From Candidatus Daviesbacteria bacterium (GTDB lineage: Bacteria > Patescibacteriota > Microgenomatia > Daviesbacterales > UBA10151): a stretch of 64,000 nucleotides of DNA. Under the pieces are notes generated by a model. It was given only the letters and a program-made list of their open reading frames with translations, ran no database searches and was not told where the DNA came from. The stretch spans positions 610,634 through 674,633 of the forward strand of contig JAQTZF010000001.1 in NCBI GenBank assembly GCA_028687915.1, in the 5' to 3' direction. This document shows, piece by piece, positions 57,945 to 64,000 of the stretch (the stretch's first letter is position 1; every line of letters starts with the position of its first letter). Position numbers and translations under genes: made by a program.

Positions 57945-58685
57945 TTAGCGGATTTCGTAACTTAAAGTAACAGCAACAATTACTTCATTAGACCCTGGCT
58001 GTAAAGTTGTTTCAGGGGACGCAACTTTATCAGCTCCGCCTATGCCCATAGCCCGAAGAATTGGTGAACCGGCGGTATTTTCATTGTAATTAACTATTTT
58101 ACCTAAGGAAAACCCTGCTATTTTGGCAGCATCTTCTGCTTTTTTCTTAGCTGCAGCTACAGCTTTTGTTCTGGCCTCATTTTCTGCTGCAGTTTTATCA
58201 GTTGTATCAAAACCTAAGTTATTAACATTATTAGCCCCGGCTTTGGTGGCAGTATCAATTACCTGTCCTGCTTTACCTAGATCCCTTACTTTAATAGTTA
58301 AGGTTGTATTAGCAGAATAACCTGTAATTTTTTGAGAGCCATCACGGTAATCATAGGTGGGATTTATACTGTAATTACTGGTTTGAATATCCTTACTATC
58401 TATTCCTAATGCTTTAATATTTTCTGTGACTTTATTAATAATTACATTAATCTGATCCTGCACTTCTTTTGTTGTACTTCCTGTAGCACTAATGCCTGCA
58501 GAGATGCTTACAAAATCCGGTTTAACTGTACTCTTACCTTCTCCTGTTACATCAAAAGTTGTGGTTTTAGTAGTAGAGGTAGAGTTTACCTGAAAGGGGA
58601 TAGGTCCAATAAATTTAGTATAAACAAATAAAAGAATAAAAAAGATAACTAAAGTAGCTGCTGTGTTTCCGATTTGTTTTAGCAC
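57945..58685 (-). CDS. SIMPL/DUF541 domain protein
   Basis: N-terminal TM; VSISAGISATG...TSNYSINPTYDY pattern of SIMPL family. Confidence 0.7.
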   Translation of the reverse strand: MLKQIGNTAATLVIFFILLFVYTKFIGPIPFQVNSTSTTKTTTFDVTGEGKSTVKPDFVSISAGISATGSTTKEVQDQINVIINKVTENIKALGIDSKDIQTSNYSINPTYDYRDGSQKITGYSANTTLTIKVRDLGKAGQVIDTATKAGANNVNNLGFDTTDKTAAENEARTKAVAAAKKKAEDAAKIAGFSLGKIVNYNENTAGSPILRAMGIGGADKVASPETTLQPGSNEVIVAVTLSYEIR

Positions 58686-58793
58686 TATTAAATAATAAGA
58701 TAACTAAATAATTAATTCAACTTGTAAAGAATATTACAGATTAATTATTACTAGTATGTTATTTTTTATTTGATAGTGAGGGGGTGAGGTGAT

Positions 58794-58985
58794 ATGGATA
58801 TGATGAATGATGATATGAAAATGGAGTGGGAAAAAATGATGTCTAGCATGAATAATTTAAACGAAAAAATGAAGGAAATGGGTACAGAGGAGAAGCAAGA
58901 AATGAGTATGGTTTGGGATCATATGATGAACGATGCTAAGCAAATGCAAGATATGATGATGAAGAAAGCTGAACAAGCAGTTTAA
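58794..58985 (+). CDS. methionine-rich small protein (18 Met in 63 aa)
   Basis: strong RBS GGGGGTGAGGTGAT; MDMMNDDMKMEWEKMMSSM... composition read directly. Confidence 0.5.
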   Translation: MDMMNDDMKMEWEKMMSSMNNLNEKMKEMGTEEKQEMSMVWDHMMNDAKQMQDMMMKKAEQAV

Positions 58986-59239
58986 TATCTTCTTATATTT
59001 CTTGGATTTATTACTTTGGCAATTTCTGATGGGGTAGCATTTCTTCTTCCGTTTAGGTCTGTTGCCACGGTTTCAGAAGAATAAATTGCAGTCATTTTTT
59101 CCAATAAGGTGAGCTTTTCAAATTTAGTGTCGGGGAATATTTTACTTGCTTTTTGATGTGTTTTCTTTAACAATCCTGCTTGCTCTATATCTCTTCTGGC
59201 AAGTTCATCAAAACGTGAGGGTTGTTCTTTGGTTGACAT
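58982..59239 (-). CDS. hypothetical protein (possibly YdeI/OmpD-associated-like C-terminal domain)
   Basis: 85-aa ORF in frame with and 1 codon downstream of stop of DUF1801 ORF. Confidence 0.3.
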   Translation of the reverse strand: MSTKEQPSRFDELARRDIEQAGLLKKTHQKASKIFPDTKFEKLTLLEKMTAIYSSETVATDLNGRRNATPSEIAKVINPRNIRRY

Positions 59240-59242
59240 ATA

Positions 59243-59638
59243 TTAGGTGGATTTTTTAGTAAGGTTGTAATTTATCGCAGTGTGAACTAAGTTTTTCAGC
59301 TCGTGTTCCTTGATCTTGTCATCTTTAAAATAGTCGGTGGTTCGCCACTTTTTGCCATTAAGCCCGTTGTTAAAGAGTTTATCAGGATCAGAAAGACTTG
59401 CTCCTTCCTGAAATGTTAGTTTTACCTTATCTTTACAGATAACTGCTAAACAGACTATGCCAGAGTGTGACCAGACAGGATTTCCCATCCATTTCCATTC
59501 TTCAATTATCTCTGGATCTGCCTCAAGGATAACTTTTCGAATATCAGCTAATGTCTGGCCCCGCCAATCATTAAGTTCTGCAATTAGTTGATCAATTTTC
59601 TCGCTTGCATTCATTACCACTAAATTATACTGCAACAT
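59243..59638 (-). CDS. DUF1801 (YdhG-like) domain protein
   Basis: EEWKWMGNPVWSHSGIVCLAVICKDKVKLTFQEGASL matches DUF1801 core. Confidence 0.55.
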   Translation of the reverse strand: MLQYNLVVMNASEKIDQLIAELNDWRGQTLADIRKVILEADPEIIEEWKWMGNPVWSHSGIVCLAVICKDKVKLTFQEGASLSDPDKLFNNGLNGKKWRTTDYFKDDKIKEHELKNLVHTAINYNLTKKST

Positions 59639-59694
59639 AAATAAAGGTGCTGGAATTTATTGATTTTGCGATTATATTATGAAATAGTTAAATT

Positions 59695-60609
59695 ATGAAA
59701 GAAAAGGGCTTTATTTTGCCCTATATTTTGGTTGTTATAGCTGTAATAATCACTGCAGGTGTAGCTTTATATATAAAAAATACTAGACAAATTCCATTTG
59801 TTACACAAAGAAATATGTTTACTCCATTGAGTGACGCTGAGGTACTGAATTGTAGTAAACCAATTCCAGGTTTACTATCTATAAGATTTAATTCTTCTGC
59901 TGATGCTAGTAGTGAAGCAGACTTCTATAAAGATATTTTGGTGAAAAAATATAACTTTCAAGAAAATGATATTAATCCTGGTTTAAATGATTTATTACGA
60001 ACTGAGCCATATCTTACTTCTTATTACTTTCTTATTGGCAATCAGGAAAAGATAGCGTCTAAATATAATAGTGAATTAAAAGTTATTTCAGAGAAAGTAT
60101 ATGGAGACAGTAGGGTAATTTTTAGTGGTGGTTATAATAAAATTGATGCTTTGAGTGACGGTATGTTTGCTGTTAACTTAAAAGATAAATCTTATTTTGA
60201 TGCTTTTTTAAAGGATTATCCCGAATTAACTCCTTTCCCATCTAATACATCTGTTAAATATTTCAGCAAAAGCAGAAAAGATGTTACTGTATCCACTTAT
60301 TTTTTTACAATTAACGCTTTAAATAAGAGACTGGATTTTCTTCAAGAATTAAGTAAATACCCAGGGGTTAATTGGTATATTTCTTATGCTGGTGGTCCGA
60401 GTGATATTATTATTGAGTTTGCAAACAACTATAGTGAAGATGATGCAGTAAAAATATTAGCTAATCAAAATTATAATATTGCTAATAATTATCCGTGGCT
60501 TAAACTAAAAGTAAAACCTGGCGAGGAGGAGAAGTGGATAAACGAATTATCTAGATATGAAGGGGTTTTAAAAGTTGAAAAAGTAATTAGTGGATGCCCT
60601 ATTCAATAG
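59695..60609 (+). CDS. membrane-anchored hypothetical protein
   Basis: N-terminal TM; no family. Confidence 0.4.
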   Translation: MKEKGFILPYILVVIAVIITAGVALYIKNTRQIPFVTQRNMFTPLSDAEVLNCSKPIPGLLSIRFNSSADASSEADFYKDILVKKYNFQENDINPGLNDLLRTEPYLTSYYFLIGNQEKIASKYNSELKVISEKVYGDSRVIFSGGYNKIDALSDGMFAVNLKDKSYFDAFLKDYPELTPFPSNTSVKYFSKSRKDVTVSTYFFTINALNKRLDFLQELSKYPGVNWYISYAGGPSDIIIEFANNYSEDDAVKILANQNYNIANNYPWLKLKVKPGEEEKWINELSRYEGVLKVEKVISGCPIQ

Positions 60610-60720
60610 CATCGATCTTTAAGTTCTAAGTGACCCGAACGCTAAACAGTTCGAACTTTCTCTAGCCTGGTTAGATCACCTTAGGCAAGTATATCAAACA
60701 ACTAATGAGGAGAAAATGGA

Positions 60721-61170
60721 ATGAATAGCCTCCAAATCTCTCAACTTCATGATGAGAATACTTTTTATCAATCTTTTGTTAAAGATCTAAATCATTGTCA
60801 AAAAGAAGTCATTATAGAAAGCCCTTATATCACAGCTGGACGAATGAATCTTTTTAGACCAATATTTCAAAAACTTCTTAAACGAGGAGTGAAAATCTAT
60901 GTTTTTACCCGAGATCCTAAAGAACATGAAGAAGGTATGGAGCTACAGTCAGAAAGTGAAATCAGTAATTTTGAACGTATGGGAGTGGAAGTTCTGCTTT
61001 GTATAGGAAATCATCATAGAAAACTAGCTATTTTAGATCGTAAGGTACTTTGGGAAGGCAGTTTGAATATTTTATCCCAAGCTTACAGCAGAGAAATCAT
61101 GAGAAGAATCGAGAATAAAGAAATAGCTATGCAAATGTTTGAATTTTTGAAACTGGAAAAGTTCCTTTAG
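60721..61170 (+). CDS. PLD-family (HKD) Nuc-like nuclease
   Basis: single HxKx4D motif HHRKLAILD followed by GSLN; 149 aa like dimeric Nuc endonucleases. Confidence 0.65.
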   Translation: MNSLQISQLHDENTFYQSFVKDLNHCQKEVIIESPYITAGRMNLFRPIFQKLLKRGVKIYVFTRDPKEHEEGMELQSESEISNFERMGVEVLLCIGNHHRKLAILDRKVLWEGSLNILSQAYSREIMRRIENKEIAMQMFEFLKLEKFL

Positions 61171-61198
61171 ATATACTATAAGGAAAGGAGGAATAAAG

Positions 61199-61447
61199 AT
61201 GATTAAAAATATGCTTTCAAAAGATTGGATCAAACAAAACGGAGAAAAATTGAAGAATGCTTACAGCTACGCTGTCGTTAATAATTTAAATGTTAAATCT
61301 AAGGAAGATGTTTTAAAGATTTTAAAAGCAACTGATTCTGAAAATGCTAATGAGGAATATGCCGAAGTCTTCTCAAAAGTTTTACAGTTGGTTGGGAAAA
61401 CATTAAAAGAAACAATAGAAAAACGTGTGGATGAAGGTAAACTTTAA
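61199..61447 (+). CDS. small hypothetical protein
   Basis: 82 aa, AGGAGG RBS; no family. Confidence 0.3.
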   Translation: MIKNMLSKDWIKQNGEKLKNAYSYAVVNNLNVKSKEDVLKILKATDSENANEEYAEVFSKVLQLVGKTLKETIEKRVDEGKL

Positions 61448-61662
61448 GCCTTTTTAATCAAGATTTTAAGCCCAAGAACTTTAAGCACTTTATTAAGCTT
61501 AGAAACAGAAGGATTAGCCTCTCCTCTTTCTATCATTGCATAAAAAGTTTCAGTTAATCCTGCTTGTTTTGCAACTTCAACCTGAGTTAACTTACTTTTT
61601 TCTCTGGCTTCGCGTATTTGAGCAACGATCTCTGGATCAAGTTTTTCTTTATTAGATTCCAT
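61444..61662 (-). CDS. XRE-family helix-turn-helix transcriptional regulator
   Basis: LTQVEVAKQAGLTETFYAMIERGEANPSVSKLNKVLKVLGL HTH_3 pattern. Confidence 0.75.
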   Translation of the reverse strand: MESNKEKLDPEIVAQIREAREKSKLTQVEVAKQAGLTETFYAMIERGEANPSVSKLNKVLKVLGLKILIKKA

Positions 61663-61731
61663 AAATATATTTATAGTATAGCATTTTTTGTTAAATAATT
61701 AAACTATGGGTCATATTTTTATTTAATGGGG

Positions 61732-62823
61732 TTATTTTTCTACTAACTTAGTTAAATCCTCCTCTCTTTCGTAAGCTTTTAATCTTCCGCTTAATATCCC
61801 AAGCCTACAAGATATCCCATCACTCATCAGCCTCCAATTAGTATCCTCAAGAACAAATTTAATAAGTTTCTTTAATGTATTGCTACTGTCATAATCACTA
61901 CGACCCTCCTTTGAATCATTAACAGTAAAATCAATAATGACAAATTGACCTATCTCTGGTTTTCCAAACTGAAGATCTACATATCTTTCTACCTCTATAG
62001 TTTTTTGAATTAAGTCTTTAAGTTGTAGAGCTTTAAGTGTTTTTAGCTGTCTAGCCTTTTGAATAAGAGGATCGTTATTTTTCTTCTGTTCCTCTTCTAT
62101 CCATTTAAAAGATTCAGTAAAATGTTCCATATCCGCTACTGCTCTTGGGCCATTCTCATCGTTATAACAAAAGAAGTCTTTATTCTCTTCAAAAATCTTT
62201 TTCTCCCAAGCATCTCTTTCTTCTCTTTCTTGCTTAGACTTTTTGAAATCATAAATTTCACTGTTGGTATATGAACAATTCGTACAAGTGTAAGTTGTTG
62301 TCAGAATACCTTTTTTGTTTTTATTTTTTCTATTTAATTGAGAGTTACATTCCGGACAAAGAGGTGGTTTATATACCCATTCTGTACCATCTTCATAAAA
62401 AGCCTGATTCTTTTTACATTTCGTACAGGTGAACATAAATAGAACCTGAGAATCATCATTTAATGTATCCAAAAGGTCTTTTGAGGCGACTTTAGTGGGC
62501 GAACCACATTCTTTACAGAGAACATTCCGGGGAGGAATAGCTAAATCATACTTTTCTTGAAGTTTTCTATCGCTATCCATCCATTTTTTGATAGTTTCCG
62601 CCCGATGACTAAATTTCTCAGTTTTAAAGGCATTTGTAGCATAACTTGCAGCCCTATTTGACTGATCGTCAAATTGTTCTTGAGTCATATCTTTGAGTTG
62701 ATCTCTTTTAGCGTCCAAACCTCTTCTAAGATCCCAATATAACTTCAAACTTTCAATAACAGTCTGAAGATCATAACGATATTTATAATACTCTTCATCT
62801 TTTAGAAACTTTTGTTCATCCAT
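61732..62823 (-). CDS. multi zinc-ribbon hypothetical protein
   Basis: three CxxC...CxxC pairs (CKEC..CTKC; CPEC..CTNC); charged coiled N- and C-terminal regions. Confidence 0.4.
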   Translation of the reverse strand: MDEQKFLKDEEYYKYRYDLQTVIESLKLYWDLRRGLDAKRDQLKDMTQEQFDDQSNRAASYATNAFKTEKFSHRAETIKKWMDSDRKLQEKYDLAIPPRNVLCKECGSPTKVASKDLLDTLNDDSQVLFMFTCTKCKKNQAFYEDGTEWVYKPPLCPECNSQLNRKNKNKKGILTTTYTCTNCSYTNSEIYDFKKSKQEREERDAWEKKIFEENKDFFCYNDENGPRAVADMEHFTESFKWIEEEQKKNNDPLIQKARQLKTLKALQLKDLIQKTIEVERYVDLQFGKPEIGQFVIIDFTVNDSKEGRSDYDSSNTLKKLIKFVLEDTNWRLMSDGISCRLGILSGRLKAYEREEDLTKLVEK

Positions 62824-62890
62824 ATAAATATTATTTTAAACCTTTTCTACTATCTTATAGCCTACTTTTTTGCTAAAATTGATCTTATCT

Positions 62891-64000
62891 ATGGCTTTCA
62901 ACGAAAACACACGAGTTAAAATTCCTGCAATTCTACATCTATGTAGATTAGGTTATGGTTATATCTCTTTAACTAATACAAAAAGAGATGAGAGCTCTAA
63001 TATATTTATAGATATATTTAATGATAGTATATCTAAAATTAATCCAGATATTGAACCGACTGAAATAAAAAAGTTATATGAAAATGTGCTTCTATCACTT
63101 GGAAATGAAGATTTGGGTAAATCTTTCTATGAATTACTTACCTCCACCTCAGGTTTAAAACTTATAGATTTTAAAAACTTCGAGAAAAATACTTTTAATG
63201 TTGTTACAGAGTTGGCATTCAAAAATGGTGATGAAGAATTTCGGCCAGACATAACACTTTTAATAAATGGTATGCCCCTCGCATTTATAGAAGTCAAAAA
63301 ACCTAATAACAAAGAAGGGATATTGGCTGAGCGAGACAGAATAAATGTAAGGTTTAAAAATGAAAAATTCCGTAAATTTATTAATATCTCCCAAATACTT
63401 GTATTCACAAATAATATGGAATACGACTCTGAATCAATTTACCCAATTCAAGGCGCTTTCTACTCAACCACTTCGTATCAAAAAGCAGATTTTAATTGTT
63501 TTAGAGAAGAAAGTATTTCAGAGTTATCAAAGGTAGTACAACCAGTAAATGAAGATATAGAAAATTTTGTATTAAAAGATAATAACTTATCTTCGATAAA
63601 ATTTTCTCCAGAATTCATTACTAATAAAGAATTAAATACACCTACGAATAGAATCCTAACATCTCTTTTTAGTAAAGATCGTTTAGCAATGCTACTTAAA
63701 TATAGTATTGCTTACGTAATTAGTGAAAATGGACTTGAGAAACATATAATGCGATACCCTCAATTTTTCGCTACAAAAGCTATAGAAAATAAAATTAAAC
63801 AAGGAGTTAAAAGAGGAATCATTTGGCATACTCAAGGAAGTGGAAAAACTGCACTAGCGTTTTATAACGTTCAATATCTTACAGATTATTTCCAACAAAA
63901 AGATATTATCCCTAAATTTTATTTCATAGTTGATCGAATTGATTTGATGGATCAAGCAATGCGTGAATTTTCAAGTCGTGGATTAATTGTTCATACAGTT
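62891..64000 (+). CDS. hsdR: type I restriction enzyme R subunit HsdR, 5' part (runs off window; not in ORF track because no stop)
   Basis: manual translation: KIPAILHLCRLGYGYISL (HSDR_N), RPDITLLINGMPLAFIEVKKP (PD-(D/E)xK), IIWHTQGSGKTALAF (helicase motif I). Confidence 0.85.
   Translation, partial: MAFNENTRVKIPAILHLCRLGYGYISLTNTKRDESSNIFIDIFNDSISKINPDIEPTEIKKLYENVLLSLGNEDLGKSFYELLTSTSGLKLIDFKNFEKNTFNVVTELAFKNGDEEFRPDITLLINGMPLAFIEVKKPNNKEGILAERDRINVRFKNEKFRKFINISQILVFTNNMEYDSESIYPIQGAFYSTTSYQKADFNCFREESISELSKVVQPVNEDIENFVLKDNNLSSIKFSPEFITNKELNTPTNRILTSLFSKDRLAMLLKYSIAYVISENGLEKHIMRYPQFFATKAIENKIKQGVKRGIIWHTQGSGKTALAFYNVQYLTDYFQQKDIIPKFYFIVDRIDLMDQAMREFSSRGLIVHTV

Noticed and set aside
1-64000. 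CRISPR array / cas genes
   Set aside because: No spaced direct-repeat array found; the only short tandem repeat (32384-32431) is in-frame coding sequence.
1-64000. Integrase/transposase/IS elements explaining the tRNA-end repeats
   Set aside because: No tyrosine/serine recombinase or transposase-like ORF found in the window; repeats are interpreted as decayed scars only.

Overview
AT-rich, densely coding bacterial window. Gene content suggests a small-genome monoderm lineage such as Patescibacteria/CPR; this is inference from gene content, no search was possible.

Core genes:
- dnaE (5' partial), rplS, rnhB, yraN-like.
- tRNA-Glu(UUC) and tRNA-Lys(UUU).
- NUDIX hydrolase, truncated globin, orphan PAS histidine kinase.
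- MacAB-like efflux (MFP/ATPase/FtsX permease), thermonuclease.
- rsmI, dedA, lexA, secG, typA.
- uvrB, uvrA and uvrC, dispersed across the window.

Accessory content:
1. Two modules each pairing an ER-type (SipW-like) signal peptidase with TasA/camelysin-like secreted proteins carrying SipW-cognate-type N-termini. One carries a lamin-tail domain, one an SGNH+cohesin-like body. In both modules a long perfect palindromic hairpin separates the TasA-like gene from the peptidase gene.
2. A ~16 kb surface-glycan locus (30.8-46.8 kb):
   - a 1384-aa GT2-flippase-GT4 fusion protein;
   - two tandem GT2s, a GT4, a PIG-L/FemAB-like fusion plus a FemAB-like paralog;
   - two PMT/ArnT-like GT-C proteins and a TIM-barrel hydrolase-like protein;
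   - a sortase, an LAXTG-type substrate and a catalytic-residue-less sortase paralog.
3. The 3' end (60.7-64 kb) looks like a defence island: single-HKD PLD-family nuclease, XRE regulator, multi-zinc-ribbon protein and a 5' partial type I hsdR.

Other signals:
- tRNA-end repeat scars next to both tRNAs.
- Several genes with a -10 box only 6-11 nt upstream of ATG (leaderless-like).
- A 29%-Met 63-aa protein.
- Catalytic-residue-less transglutaminase-like and PEP-utilising-like proteins.
- A uvrC lacking the (HhH)2 domain.

No CRISPR array, rRNA, integrase or transposase was seen.
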